The notes beneath the pieces are model-generated. The model was not told where the DNA came from and did no database searches. It saw nothing but the letters and a program-made list of their open reading frames with translations. Position numbers and translations under genes: made by a program. 64,000 bases of DNA, taken from Lytechinus pictus. Taxonomy: Eukaryota. The stretch covers positions 22,012,001 to 22,076,000 of the forward strand of contig NC_087252.1 in NCBI RefSeq assembly GCF_037042905.1, given 5' to 3'. Position 1 is the first letter of the stretch; the number at the start of each line of letters is the position of its first letter. Shown here in pieces: positions 50,101-64,000 of this stretch.

Positions 50101-53100
50101 ATAAACCCCACCCCCAATCAAGTCAATCAAGTTTCTGAGGTCTAATTTCTCTGTGTATGTTCATAAATCGCACCCCCTATTTTAGACAATTTTTCCGACA
50201 GCAAAAGGTGCATTTTATTTTCCGAAAAATATGGTAATCACACCGAGACCCAGTGGAAATGGTTGGGAACCATAAGTTCGACCGTACCGATTCGGCACTA
50301 GAAAGACCGCCCAGTGGACTTTGGCCATGTCATGGACCTATATGCAATTATGTCTTCTTAATTTGTATTCCAGGCAAAACATGGGCGTTCCCGACAAGTC
50401 GCAAGGCACCGTCTTCATCCCAATTCCAAAGAAAATTGCCTTCCATCAACCAGAAAAAGTAGCAAGTAAGTATTCAGAATTTTGCCATCTTATTCTCTTT
50501 TAACACACACATACGCACAAAATAAATTCTCCAAGAATCATTTTTACATTGTGCCCACCTATTCCATCTAGCTACCTTATTGTCACCCCATTTTCATAAG
50601 GGGATCTGTAGATATTCAATTTGGCAAAAGTATGTAAGGCTTATGACTTCTGTCAACGTTTGGAAAGTATTTGTTATTCTGGAAATTGAATCGTATCACA
50701 TAGGTATTTTCTTAAGGAAAGTGGTTTAATAACCAATGTAAAAGTATCAATCAATTACAAAACATAATACATCCTAAGATGGTTGGGACCAAAGTGAAGC
50801 CGAATCTTGTGAAGATTGGTATAAGATACTTAACAAAATAATCACAATAACAATGTAAGATAAAAACACTTGTCGGACAAAAATGTTGAGAAAGCGCACC
50901 CCTGGAGACCGTCTCGTGAAGAGTTGCAACTATAGTATCTTACAACTTTGCGACAATGTGAACTACCATGGAATGGCCTAGCAGTCAATTACGATCAAGG
51001 TTATTATGGCAAATTTATCCTAGTTGTAACTTTTTATAGAACTCTCCCAAATGCAGACCTGCAAACCTCTGGGAATGAAAAACTGTATTCTGTGATACAA
51101 AAAACTGTATTTTCCCTCAAAAAAGTGTATTTCATAATAAAATGCTTGGCGCACTCGCCCATCACGGCGCTCAAGCTGCATGCAAGCTAAAATGCGCACT
51201 GCTCTTGCAGATGAAAAAAAACCCATTGAAACTTGTGTACATGTATATCTCACCCTGGTTTTTACAAAATGATTGAAAAAAAAAACAAGTTACCTGAAAT
51301 TACATTGATCTAATAACCATATTTGTGTACGTTTTATGAAATAGAGACATATAGAGATGATTTTTCTCAATAAATTACGATTTGGTTTAAAAAAAAAAAA
51401 AAAAACGTACTGCCGTATTTTGGTTGCAAAAACGTACTAAATACGGCTAAAACGTACTGGTTGGCAGGTCTGCAGATGGTGTACCATACTTTGGCGAAAA
51501 AGAGGAGAGGAGAAAGAATATGCAATAATGGGGGTCATGTCGTTTTTCTTGCAATTACTTATAGTGGATGCCTTCATAAGAGAGACGGATCCCAACAGGA
51601 AAACCATCGAGTTGACGACCGATCTACAGTACGTATCTAAGGCCTCGGGTAATCTTCAAGAGATGTTAACTAGAGTGCTCCAGTACGTTGATGATATTCT
51701 GGTAAGTTTGATTTGAATAGGTGTGATCTTTTGACCCCTAGATGATCTTTGACCCGATCATCCTCAACAACACACACGTGTTGAGCAAATGCTTTTGTCT
51801 CACATGAACAAACTTAAGCAGAGATTTAGTAATCACTTCCTGGAATAGTCTGTTTGTCTGTTCCAAAATGTTTACGTTTTTGTTCAACTTTCTCTTATTT
51901 CTGCATCAGTTGAACAAAAACTTTAACATTTTGGAACAGACTAACAGGAAAAGTGATTACTAAATCTCTGCTGAACTATGTTCAGGTGAGACAAAAGCAT
52001 TTGATATTACCCAAGGATCATTCGAACCAAGTCTGATAAAAAAATTGATGCAGCAAGTTGAACAAAAACTTCAAAGAAGGTTGGACATGACCTCATATCA
52101 TTTTGACCTTTGACCCCTAGATGACCTTTGACCTAATCATCCTCAATAACTCACGTGATATTATCCAAGGATTACATGTACCATGTATGAACGTAATTAA
52201 TGCAGAAATGAGAGCAAGTTGAACAAAAACTTTCAACATTTTGGAACAGACCAACAGACTAAACGGGAAAAGCGATTACTGAAAATCTGCTGAACTTTGT
52301 TTAGGTGAGACAAAAGCATTAGATATCGCAAATTTTCAACCCTTAAACATGTACACGTTCAAGGGTTGAACATTTTTTCACCGCATTCCCTCTTTCTCCT
52401 CCATTTATCTGGCAGACTGGGAAGACTTCGGCTGACAACCAGATTGGCAGATTCCTGATGAATCTGGTATCCAACGTTCCTAAGCTCCAACCTGAAGAGT
52501 TCGATCAGATGCTCAACAATAGTATGAAGGTAAGATAACTGCTTGTGATTAGATTGATAATTGATAATAGTTTTCTCCTACATTCATTGATGTAGGATGG
52601 GGACCTGATGTCTAGATGTTTGACTGTATAAAACATCCATATCGATCTGGGTTTTCTCACTAAACCTGTATCAAATATTGCAAATATGGATAGTACAATG
52701 TTTGTCGTTTGTAATGTTGTCGTTGCCTATTAAAGTTGAAGCAATTTTAAAGACAATTTTATGTACATCATGGGATATTTACATCCTAAGTCAAATTTTC
52801 CAGGGCAAATTTTCCTTGGTCAAAAATATTTGTTTCCCAAGAGGGCAACTCTATAAAGGTATGTACATCAGCCCCCCTATGTAGTAAATGCATACCATCT
52901 TGAAATGATTCACCTCCGCTTTGCGCTTCTCATGAAAAGGTTTACGGCTTCCAAATCATCATTGCTTGAGGTTGGAGCCTAGTCACTGTGTATAAGCCAA
53001 CACGTCATTTACGTTCACAAAGCATTAATTTATTAGTTGTACCTCCAATATCAACGAAATCGTATGGCGAACGTTCATTTGCTCATGCAGCTCCTGTTTT

Positions 53101-53548
53101 ATGGAACGAATTCCCTGAAAACAAATCGATTCAGTTAACAAATTCAAAACAGCTCTTAAAATATACTTATTAAATTGTACCTAGCCTCAACAAAGGAACT
53201 CACCAACACTTCTCTTCCTCTCCTTTGTTTTCTCAAGTGCATAGAGACTTATTTGTTGTGTGTTATGCGCTATAAAAACATTGACCATTATGATTATAAT
53301 TAGTAGTAGTAGTAGTACATGAAGTGAAGAAAAAGTGAGAAAATGGGGGTTGGATGTAGAAGTCATGGAAGTTCTCTTGAAATTTTACTGGTGTACTATA
53401 ATCAACTGTATCCTGTTTCTTTTCTCTTTTTTTTGTCATCTTTCACACACAGGATCTCCTAATGGTTGTCTACTTATCCGGTCTGATAGAGACACAGCTC
53501 ACCCTCAATGAAAAGCTTACCTTATCAAAAGCAGCGAATTCAGTTTAG
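44153..53548 (+). CDS. EIF3F: Eukaryotic translation initiation factor 3 subunit F (MPN domain), 8 exons, 279 aa
   Basis: Exons 44153-44264, 46866-46936, 47958-48037, 48583-48720, 50374-50465, 51565-51701, 52416-52529, 53453-53548. All GT-AG and in phase (840 nt). Motifs [86 protein letters not shown]. Confidence 0.97.
44933..45823. mobile_element. Internally deleted TIR DNA transposon retaining the start of a THAP-like domain
   Basis: TIR CTTATTCTCGAGGTCGG(A)CAT / ATGCCGACCTCGAGAATGAG. Minus-strand [21 protein letters not shown] at ~45628-45566. Internal ~42-bp tandem duplication near 44987-45070. Confidence 0.65.
51730..52320. repeat. Duplicated/inverted repeat cluster in eIF3F intron 6
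   Basis: ATGCTTTTGTCTCAC... is mirrored by ...GTGAGACAAAAGCAT (~51790-52000) and repeated again at ~52215-52320. TTTGACCCCTAGATGA occurs twice. Confidence 0.6.
52988..53290 (+). mobile_element. L2-type LINE 3' end remnant
   Basis: Translates to [39 protein letters not shown], typical of the L2 ORF2 C-terminus, followed by a ...TGCGCTATAAAAA tail. Confidence 0.75.
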
Positions 53549-56500
53549 GGTGTCATATTTTCGAGGGGTAAGGGAAGGGTGGGGGGGTTCAAATCTTTAT
53601 ATGGACTGTTATCTTCGAGGACCACTCTTCATAACCTGGGACCGTTTCATGAAAGTTGTCAGCACTGACAGGATGTCTTTCTCCGACAGTTACCATAGTA
53701 ACAGTCGGAGGGCAGAGCTTCTCAGCCAATCAAAAGCAAGGATTTCACTGACATAGTCAGCACTGACAATTTAGATAGTGCTGACAACCCCCGTGCAGAT
53801 CCAGGCAGTTTGGACACAATAGCTATGAGGGGCTGACTATTGTGCAAAAACAATATGGCCCCTTAAATGGTATTGTGTCTAATCCGGCCATAATGTGACG
53901 TAATGACTTAAAACAATGTAGAGGTAAACCTGTATAAGATGACCTCCCATACGCTGAATAAGTCAAATTTTTTATACCAGGACCCGTCTTACAAAAGGTT
54001 GCGATTGTTCCGATCAATCGCAACTGTGGACGGCCAGCAACGTCAACATGTACTATGCATGCTTGTTCAAAATATTTTCTAGCTATGATGTATATGCATG
54101 CATTAATTGTTTACGTACAAATTCACTGTGCTTCTCTTTGTTTTCAAAGGAATTGTGCAAATTTCCTGTAGAAAAATTCACGACACTGATGGATTGCCAC
54201 GATTGATAACTCTTTGTAAGACGGGCCCCAGATTATGCAAAACATTTGTTTTCATTATAACTCTTCTCAGCAGGCAAAAATTAATTTTTAATTTTCCGGG
54301 GCTACTATTGACAACCTTTTGCCTAAATTTGTAACATTGCTGTGAATAGGAATTTTCCACGGCTCTTATATTTTCCAAGGCTCATTTGATCATTTTGGGG
54401 CGAAGTCCCCGTGTAATTTTTTTCCCGTTTCCAAGTCAAATTTCCCCCAAGTCCAACAGATTTGTAAAGTCACAAGAGATATGAATGAGGCAGGTTCATC
54501 TGTATGTATTTGTTTTTCATAGGGGCAAAATATTCACCGTGACTGCTTTCGGTAATCGTTTCTGAATGTGCCATGTCTTGAATAATAGCAGGGATGCTAT
54601 TCAGAATCTAAAACGGCAGCTTTTCCACATTGCCCAGTGTATTGGCTATGCCTTTTGGAAAGCATGGATGTTGTAAAGTCTGAAACGTCACAACAATAGA
54701 TATCCAAGATATAGAACCCCTCAAAATCAAGTTTATTAGAATTCAGTTTGTTTCATTTTGAAATATGAAATTGAAAGTTGCTTATATTTCTTCTTGAATA
54801 AAACAAAATAAGATGTTCAAGATATCAAACTCCCAATAGGTTATGAACTTTTTTTTTCTCATTGTCTTTTGTTTATTGTCAAATTTGAAATGGAGTTGCA
54901 AACTTTTTATTTTGAAACCCAAAGTGTCCACTCAATTGAAGACTTTAATTTAGGATAGTGTTGAATTAAATCCTCTATATCATTGATTATGTATAAAAAT
55001 TAGCACAAGATTTGATTTCATGAAATTATATGTAAAAATAAATGAAATAGCTTTCAGTTATGTTTTTCACCTTGTGAAAAGCCTTTGGAGGTGATATTTT
55101 CCTACATTTTTTGCTTCATGACACTACCCTACTTTAACAAAAGAAAGCAAGCAAGAAAGAAAAATGATTTCCTTTAAATTAGCAAAATTAGTATGGGATT
55201 CACATAGACACCTATGCATTAGCATGGTGTTTAACCAGCCATGTCTTACTGTAGGATCAGTGTTATTCTATGAAGTTTGACCAGGAAGAAAAACATGAAT
55301 TTGTTAAAGGTCAAGTCCACCCCAACCAAAAATTGTATGAAATGTACAAAACTTTCAGAGTTTACCAAGAGGAAACTCTCCAATGAATCAGAATAGGTTA
55401 CAACAATGGTAGTTATACACTGTCAGGGCAAAATCAAACTCAGTTTCACATTACAAATGGATAAAATTGTAACTTCCATTTTCATATAACAAAATACAAA
55501 TGAAATAGTGAGTGGGTGATATCAGTTCCCTCATTTGCATACTGACCAGAATGTGCAGATAACTGTTTTGTAAAATTAGGCAAAACTTCATTAATGTCAT
55601 TTCTTTCTTATTTCACATTTACCATTGTTATTTTTTTTAAATTTTTCCCTTTTCATTGAAGTCAACATTTTCTTGGGGTGTACTTGGCATTTAAAAGTCA
55701 AATTTTGGCTCTTGTCTTTAGGTTCCCTTTGTCAAATAGGGCAGTATACTGATTGTTCACATATTGTGTTCTTGTGATTTTTTTTTTGTAATCCCCCAAA
55801 ATGCAAATTTCTGTACTAGATATTCCAAGATATGTTATTTATTATGTCATTGAATCCATGAGACAGTTAAAAATAAATATCTTTGACATAGAACTTCAAG
55901 TTAAGCTATGCTGTTCTTGTAGTTTCATGAAAATAATAGTATTTATGTACTTCCTATGTTAAACCTAAAACATGTAAAGAGTGAAAGAGAGAGAGAAAGA
56001 GAGAAAGACAATGTTAGAACGTTTAAGAGAGAAATAAAGAGATGAGAAAGAGAGAGAAAGGTAGAGGGAAAAACAGATTGGGGGGGGGGGGTTGAATGAG
56101 AGCTGAAATAAAATGGAGGTTTGTTCAAATTAAAGTTAAAACGTATTTGATAGATGGGAAATATAAAGAAAAGGAAAAAAAATTGAATATAAAAAATAAC
56201 AGCACCCCCATCCCCCCCCCCCTAAAAAAAAAAGAGAAATGGAATTGCACTTTTAAAAAAATGAGGGAAAGCGACAGGGAGCAGGCTCAATAATACGATT
56301 TGTTTTTAAATATCTTCCAAAATTTGCTTATGGAGTGTGGCACAGTTCTACGAATGTACGCAAATCTTGTCATTTATAAAGGGTGGGCGCGGGAGGAGGG
56401 GGGGGGGGGTGAGTGTGTTGTTTATATCCCGCACACAAATCTTACGTTACATCCACTTCTCGATCATAAAAAAAACATAGACCCCCTCCTTCCAAAAAGA

Positions 56501-57840
56501 AAGAAATAAAAATCGAACTATACCCAGACTCACACACACAAATCCTTTCCTGAAATATACTCATACCATGATAAACATGTCCCATGTGACCACTCCATTA
56601 ATCTATTTATTGCTATTTCTGTTTAAATCATTCTGTTTGGCTTCGGATTCAAACAAACTGAATTTGCTAAATTTGATCTCCGATGAAAATAATTAAAATC
56701 TACCTCCAAAACGAAGGTATCATCATTATAGCGACAGAAGCGCCATCATGGTGTGTTGAAAGGGGGGGGGGGGGGGGGGGGAGTTAGTGAACCCCACCAC
56801 AAAATGCAATCCTTCACGCCGAGTGTTGAATGTAGACAACAACACTACAATGATCGGCGAGCCCAGAGCAACAAACTTCATTGAAAGTATTTTTTTTATC
56901 ACCGGACTTAAATTCACAATAGAATATCTAAAAATTGGCAGAACTTGAACACTTTAAATTTTGTACATTTTCTGGTGGGGTTCACTTGACTTTTGAGCAC
57001 CACTGTATCTGTTTTGATAGTATACTTTCTCCCCCCCCCCTTTCCCCTTTCTCTTAATTTTAATTGGAAAATCATAGGGCGGGGAGGGCGAGCTAGGGGG
57101 GGGGGTGACCGTCCCTTTCCTTTAGTAGCGGCACCAATGTCGATTCATAAACGAATCTCTACACACGAAGATGGAAACGACCAATATTTACCGATACTAC
57201 AATTACTTCGCTTCTGATATGAATTTCCAAATTCAGTACCATAAACCAACATTGGACAGCAGTGGATATAGCGTTCAATATTAACAGATGTGATTGTTAA
57301 TTGATTTAGCCAGTGTATCGCAGAAAATCGTGCCCAGAATTCCAAATTGTTCAATTTACGAGAGACTACAGAGCGCCGGTGCTATCTCATCAATTAATCC
57401 ATGTCATTTTATTATATAGTTTGTGATGTATCCTATGTGTGTTCTTTATTTGAATTGAAAAAAAAAATACTACAGGTTGTATCAACGGAAGAAATGTAGG
57501 CGTAAACTACAGAGTGTATAAAAAGTGAAATTAATTACGAACACTTCCCATACACTTCCAGAAAAAAATATTGATTAACGACTACCAACCGTTGGTTTAA
57601 AGAAAATTGTGTATATAAAAAAACAAAAGACAGAATCATAATTAATGAGCTGCACGATCCGTAGGTTTCGGAAAGAGTTTAAGCCAATTTCTGTGACAGA
57701 CCACGAATAATATATATCCCAAATAAAATTTCAATGAGCTATTTAATTCGGTAACCAAAATTTTAATTTGTCACACAACTACCACCATCTAAGTCATGAC
57801 CCTCGCACTTGGGTACCGACCTATTTTCTAAAGGCTAGAA

Positions 57841-58954
57841 TTAAAGGGGAACTCCAGGCTGAAAATGATATGATTTAAACAGATAAAAAAATCAGACAAT
57901 CAAAACACTGAAAATTTAATCCAAATTGGACAAGGAATAACAAAGTTATGGCATTTTGAAGATTTGCATTATTCCGGTGAAACAGTTCTAGGCATGTCTT
58001 CGCAAATATTCAATGAGCAAACTGATGACGTCATATCCCCACTTGTTCTTTTGTATTTTGATATGAAGAGCTCAATTGCAAAAGGGGTTATAGGTCCATT
58101 TTTCATCAAATTTGATTTTTTTTTGTCTCAATGTATAGAGCTCTATAGTAGTAGCTCTAGTAGCAGTAGTAGCTCTATAAGATGATACCAAAGAAAAGTT
58201 GAAATTCCCGGCCATTAAAAATTGATCAAAAATGACAAAGAAAAATCACTTTTTATTCAAAAGGGGTGAGGTCCATTTCACTTTGGTTGCAATAGGGGTT
58301 AGGTCCACAAATATTTTTTTTTTGAAAAGAATATTAAAAAAATATGAAGACAGATTGATTTCTTATATACACAATTTTATGTTCACATGGTATCATAAAT
58401 ATTTAGATTCGCATAAGAATTTTGCAATATGGGAGAATAAAAATAATAATTTTCTTGGAGTTTTGCAATATGGGAGAATAAAAATAATAATTTTCTTGGA
58501 GTGGACCTAACCCTTTTTTGCAACCAAACTCTTCTGAAGAGCTAATTTGTCAAAAGGGGTTATGTCCCGATTTTTCATGAATTTTATTTTCTGTCTCAAA
58601 ACCTATCGATTTTTAGTCGCTCTGATGATACCAAAGAACATTAGAAATTCACATTAAAACATGAATAAAAGTGGCAAAGAAAAATCACTTTTTTTCATTC
58701 AAAAGATATTGGATTCATTTCAGTTTGCTTGCAAAACGGGTTAGGCCCACAATGATAATGGGGATGTGACATCATCAGCCCATCTAATGAATATTCATGA
58801 CCAAATACTTTAAACTGTTTTCACAAAATATTGCAAAAATTCAATTATTTCACTATTTGCTATCAGATTTTGACGAAATTTTCAGTGTTTTGCTCTGTGA
58901 ATTTTACTCTATTTGTTCAGATATAAATATTTTCAGCTCTGAGTACCCCTTTAA
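57841..58954. mobile_element. TTAA-flanked MITE with nested GAAGAG-terminated element(s)
   Basis: TTAA|AGGGGAACTCCAGGCTGAAAA ... TTTTCAGCTCTGAGTACCCCT|TTAA. Insert ~58065-58533 GAAGAGCTCAATTGCAAAAGGGGTTA...TAACCCTTTTTTGCAACCAAACTCTTC, followed by a second partial copy. Confidence 0.7.
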
Positions 58955-60499
58955 AAACGCGAAACATTGAGTTATCTCCGCCCCATTATTCTGTCCAGAA
59001 CAACAACATGAGTACTGTTGTACTCATAAACCTAAAAAAAAAAAACCAATTAAAACAATACTAATATCGATGTCATTTTCATATAAATTAAATTATTTTT
59101 GTTTGTATGAATCATAAAGTTTTTTGACGCAGTTGACACAGGGGCGGTGCAAGATGTTTTGATATATAGGTGCGTGTGGGGGGGGGGCAAAATGACATGA
59201 CGATGTAACGATAATAATAATGACAATGATATTCATAATAATAATAATATTTATAATAATAATCATCATCATCCCCATCGTCATCACCATCCCCATCACC
59301 ACCACCATCATCATCATCTCCATTATCATCATCGATCATCATCATCACCACCACCACCATCACCATCATTACTAATTCCACCACCACCAACACTTCCATC
59401 ACCACCATCACCCACCACCACCACCACCATCATCACCACTACCACCACCACCACCACTTCCACTTCCACCATCACCATTCCTTGATCATGTTTATGAATT
59501 CTTAAAATTGTTCCTTTTTAAAGTGGACCTCATAGAGTGAACTTATTCTTTTAATTAATCATAGTCATTAGTCTGTACAACAACTGGTGCTCTCAAATTT
59601 CCCGTTCCTATATCTCATATAAAGGAAATCACTAATGCCTGAAATGTTAATCAGAATGTTTTCTCCGATTCGATTCGTAGTGCGGGAGATCGCGTAATAT
59701 TATGTTCCTTTTAACTGTTTAATCAAAATAATCCGCGAGATCACAGCCGTATCCATGAAATAACGAAAGGTGCTTCATTTCGAATGGAAATCATTAATGA
59801 GCAAAGGCTGAATATAAATTAAGAAATTTCCCCCTCCATTTCCAATGATTCGCAGCGTAAAAGATTGTAATGAACTTTGAAGTACTAGTATATAAAGCAA
59901 AAAGCTGCACGAACCGCACGATGGCATCCATGTCCGCTGAAAACATTTTTTCCACTTTTAATTCATCATTACACCGAATTTTGGCGCCACGGCCAGTACA
60001 AGTGATATCCTCTTCATTATTCTCATCAGTGCTTAGCATTTCAGTTGATTCAGCCGTCACTCTAAATCAGATCGCCGTCAGACAGTGTCGAGCTCTCGAA
60101 GACCATTCTCAATATAGAAATAATACAAATTATGCATAGGGCCTACACAATATTGTTATTGGACTAAAACTTGACCTGCTTTTTATACCAAATTATCACG
60201 GAGAGTTAGCAGATCTTTGAAACGCATGAAATAAATTGTATTTTCGGCGGTAATCCTCTAATGTTAAAGAGTGGAAGACGGTGTAATTTTGAGATGATTT
60301 TGACGAAGCATTAGTTCGATGATGGTATTATCTCGATCTGGAAATATGGATTACCTTTTCTGATGCGCCTTGAAAAACTTAAAATACTACTCGCGGATTT
60401 GTTTTCTGAGACTGATTTTCAATTTTGGCAGGAGTTCCAACTGTTATGACTAATTGGATGTACTTTCAAACATTTCATCTTTGCAGATAAGAATTAAGA

Positions 60500-61495
60500 A
60501 TGGAATACTTTGAAAGCAGAAACCTATCTATTCATACTTTTCACGATTCAACCATCCATAGAGTTATTGTATCTATTCTTCTTGGACCTCTTACTGCCAT
60601 CGTAATAATTGGAAACGCTTTGGTTATTTTGACCGTTTGCAGTCGACCAAAGCTACAGAAACTCAACTATATCATCCTAACCAGTTTGGCTGTTAACGAC
60701 TTCTTGACAGGTGTAATTTCTATTCCGCTAGAGATTCACTTACGGACAATCCGCAGTGAGTTTACGTGCACACTACGTTCTGCTGAATGGTTTTTCATAT
60801 GGAGTTACGTTTTTGTGTTCGGATCTCTGGCGCATCTGTTACTCGTCAGCACCGATCGATACATCGCAGTCACGAGACCGTTACGACACGAAGCGATATT
60901 AACGCCCAGTCGGATAGCGATCTTGATCACGATTGCTTGGTGCATTCCGGCATGTTACGGTATTGCACGCATCACCGTAAATAGATCGCAGAAGAATGAT
61001 GATTTTTACTCCTACTGTCTTGGTCAAAGAGGCGTCAGCAACGGTGGTATCGCTTCGATCGTATTCGACCTTATCGTACCCATTTCAGTTTTCGTGGTTG
61101 GTTTCATCCTCATCATCCTAAATATCCACGTGCTTCTCATTGCATTCCGACAATCCAATCGGATCGCCGACATGACGCGCGCATTGGACGCGAATCATCA
61201 GAACGCTAACAACGAAAACAATAATGCGCGTCACGTCAAAGCAACCAAAATCATATTATCCATGGTGGCGTCTTTTCTTGTATGCTTCTTGCCTACGGGA
61301 TTATTTCTCGGCATTGCTACGCGCATCAACGACGACTTGTGGTATGTCACCGCTGATGACGTCGCTTTCTCTCTCTTCTGCGTCAGTTCGGCGCTGAACC
61401 CGATAATATACTGTTCCCGTGATCGCGTTTTTCGAGTAAACTTGATCGAGTTCATACATTCGTTAAAAATAGCTGTCCAAAACAGCGTAAGATAA
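60500..61495 (+). CDS. Orphan rhodopsin-class GPCR, single coding exon, 331 aa
   Basis: GNALVI (TM1), SLAVND (TM2), STDRYIAV (TM3), AWCIP (TM4), VCFLP (TM6), SSALNPIIYC (TM7). The acceptor TTGCAG just upstream of the ATG suggests a non-coding first exon. Confidence 0.93.
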   Translation: MEYFESRNLSIHTFHDSTIHRVIVSILLGPLTAIVIIGNALVILTVCSRPKLQKLNYIILTSLAVNDFLTGVISIPLEIHLRTIRSEFTCTLRSAEWFFIWSYVFVFGSLAHLLLVSTDRYIAVTRPLRHEAILTPSRIAILITIAWCIPACYGIARITVNRSQKNDDFYSYCLGQRGVSNGGIASIVFDLIVPISVFVVGFILIILNIHVLLIAFRQSNRIADMTRALDANHQNANNENNNARHVKATKIILSMVASFLVCFLPTGLFLGIATRINDDLWYVTADDVAFSLFCVSSALNPIIYCSRDRVFRVNLIEFIHSLKIAVQNSVR

Positions 61496-62049
61496 AGAAA
61501 CAAACTGCAATAAACTTGTTAGTGACATAAAGAAAAATTTGCTCTCGAGCAAACGATGTCTTGGTCTACAAATTGTCTAAAGTGTACGTCACTGAAGTTA
61601 TTTTTCAAACTAGAAAACAATAAGCAAATGTTAATAGCAATAACCTTAAAAGAGCGGGCGGGGAAGGGGGGGGGGGGGTATGTCCGCGACCCTGCACGAC
61701 TTTTCGTAGCATCTCGTGCACATTTCCATTGAAAAAAAAATCAAAAGGCCTATAACTGTACAACAAAGAAATAGAAAACAAAGAAATACATAGTCTCTAA
61801 ATGAATGAATGAAAATTAAATAGGATAAGCGAATTAAATGTGATTGTAGTTTAACTAACTCTAAAAAACTAATTTTGGGGGTTGGAATCCCCCAATCCCC
61901 TTTAAACTTCACAGATCGGAAGCTGCATTGATTTAGGACTCCAGTTGTAAAAAAAAGGTTGTTTTTAATCTTCACATGTATGTATTGATTAACCTTAAAA
62001 TACATTCTTAAGATTTCACTGGGCATATACTATATTGGGCCTATACATA

Positions 62050-62050
62050 C

Positions 62051-62135
<85 letters not shown>
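62050..62135. repeat. (TA)n microsatellite
   Basis: Direct inspection. Confidence 0.95.
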
Positions 62136-62136
<1 letters not shown>

Positions 62137-62243
62137 AAAAGAAATGGATGAAGAGAACAATGGTTTTCTTCATCCATTTCTTTCACCAAAAATTTAAATA
62201 AAAGAGTTGCCAAAGCTGTTGTACATGTATAATTTCAAACATT

Positions 62244-62273
<30 letters not shown>

Positions 62274-62274
<1 letters not shown>

Positions 62275-62978
62275 ACTCCTCAAAAAAGTTTTGAAATCTG
62301 ACTTTGATCGACAATCCCTCCTTTGTTTTAGTAAATATCAATGTGTAATTAATATTAATGAATAGATCATTTAATTTTCTTTAAAATTATACCCTACATG
62401 ATATGATTATGGTTCACATAGAGGTGCAGTGCCTTGAAAAGTGGGGCAAGGTCAAATTTCAAAAGTTGCAAAATGACACAATATTGAAAGTCACTGTTCT
62501 TTTTTCAGTGGTGATGAGTGAGTTTCTCGGCGGTTTCTTTTAATTGTTTTCATGCACATTAACATCAACATGAACATGGAATCAAAGACACCTCGGCACA
62601 AGCAAACACATAACAAACAAACAAACATGCATGGGTATTTCAAACCACGACTCAAACCATGTTATCTCACAGAATCACCACAGAAGCAGTGGCTTGATTT
62701 GAATGGATTTTCATCTCTATTGACACAGACAAAAGAATCATGTTCTGTATTGACCCTTCATGACTATTTCGGCTCGTTTTGCAGCTTTTCAATTCAGACC
62801 TCATCCGACACTTTTGAATCCTGCTCTTTTCGTGATGGCATGATCATAACAAGCATGGTATCATTTTACAGAGAATTAAATGATCTTTTGAATGATGTAA
62901 AATATGCATTGTGCGACATTGGGAGTTGGGAGAAATTAATGGCCAAACACAGGTTTCCAAACTTTTTTTGAGGGGTTT
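62274..62978. mobile_element. Tc1/mariner-like non-autonomous element in TA context
   Basis: TIR AAACTCCTCAAAAAAGTTTTGAAA / TTTCCAAACTTTTTTTGAGGGGTTT, flanked by TA runs. No intact transposase. Confidence 0.65.
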
Positions 62979-63737
62979 ATATATATATTCTTTCGAACAA
63001 GTTTTCTGAATCTATAAAATATCTATACCTTTTTCAGTGGCGGATCCAGATAGGAAAATGCACGGGCGCAAAGGGAAAATTTTAAAATTAAGTAGAGGCC
63101 GCAAATATAATTTTCTTAGATTTGGCTATATGGTGCTTCTCAAATTGCCTGGAACCGCTGCTTTTTCCATGTATTGGAGAATATCAAGTGAACTGAATAC
63201 CCCGCCCTATATATCACAAGGCATACCACAAAAAAGAAACCCACTTTCAGTGTAAGATTTCACAATTTATTACTTATGGTAAGAGTGGAATCTCATCTTT
63301 AATTTGAGACCAAGTTTAGCAAATCATTCAAGCATGGCAGATTACTACCAATCAGTATTAAGGCATATCAGAAACGATTTGCGCAGAAACTCACGCGTTA
63401 TTCTGAATCCACTCTCATTCCAGGGATCAATGAGAGAATCTCAACAAAGAATAAACAAAAGAAATGCTAATGAGCCAATCGTCGAATAAGCAAGGTTGTC
63501 GTATCACGAACCAGCCTTGTCCAATTTTTCTGCGCAACCTGATTTTGACATTAATATTTCAAACTCGCCTTGCTCATTGATGCGTGAAGTGTTCGTCTCA
63601 TATTAGGTATCAAAATAAAGAGGAATAATTGAATTATATGATTATGTAAATGAAATATCATAATTCATTTGTCTTTGAAGAATAAAGACATGGGAATCCC
63701 GATTTCCTTTTTTTTCTGGGGCGCACTATATAGGTGT

Positions 63738-63871
63738 TGACGTGTCTACGGCTCAGTGGATAAGCCTCCGTACCTTGAACATAATTATGGTCCGGGGTTC
63801 AAATCTCACCGCATCACTCACGTCCTTTGGCAGTGCGTTTGTCTACAGGTTTGCCACTCTCTACCCAGGTG
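63738..63871 (+). mobile_element. tRNA-derived SINE, followed by a Harbinger-like MITE (63871-64000, family also at ~25566-25735)
   Basis: A-box GGCTCAGTGGA, B-box GGTTCAAATC and body TGCCACTCTCTACCCAGGTG, then GGGTGTTTCATAAAGCTGTT. Confidence 0.65.
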
Positions 63872-64000
63872 GGTGTTTCATAAAGCTGTTTGTAAGATAA
63901 AAGGGACTTTAAGAACGACTGGTGGTCTTTTCTTGTGGTAAATGGTATTTCATTGGCAATGCTTTAGCGCGTAAGAAAGGATCACCAGTCGTTCTTAAAG

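Noticed and set aside
52598..52700. Hairpin pair ending in ACA in eIF3F intron 7
   Set aside because: No convincing H box, and the second hairpin is AT-rich and weak.
62552..62971. 139-aa ORF inside the Tc1-like element as a transposase
   Set aside because: No HTH or DDE motifs are recognisable.
63738..63810. tRNA gene
   Set aside because: A and B boxes are present but there is no cloverleaf, and the sequence continues into a SINE body.

Overview
AT-rich animal genomic DNA with GT-AG introns. It is probably an echinoderm/sea urchin, inferred from gene and repeat content only. Five protein-coding genes were assembled by hand with phase-consistent splicing: a 2-exon orphan class A GPCR (+, 7268-10361); an uncharacterised 7-exon, 249-aa gene with motifs reminiscent of ciliary/sperm C2orf73/TEX26-type proteins (+, 13994-19924); TOMM70 (-, 11 exons, 40437-26006); eIF3F (+, 8 exons, 44153-53548, divergent from TOMM70); and an intronless orphan class A GPCR (+, 60500-61495). 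The rest is dense with non-autonomous TIR elements (TTAA/Kolobok-like, piggyBac-like, Harbinger-like, hAT-like, CACTA-like, Tc1-like), a large foldback array, SINE and L2 remnants, and (CAT)n microsatellites. The most notable observations are two hammerhead-ribozyme motifs in inverted-repeat, Penelope-like insertions (one looks intact), local duplication of splice-junction-containing exon ends at four TOMM70 exons, and a structured segment in eIF3F intron 3. I found no clearly novel multi-gene system.
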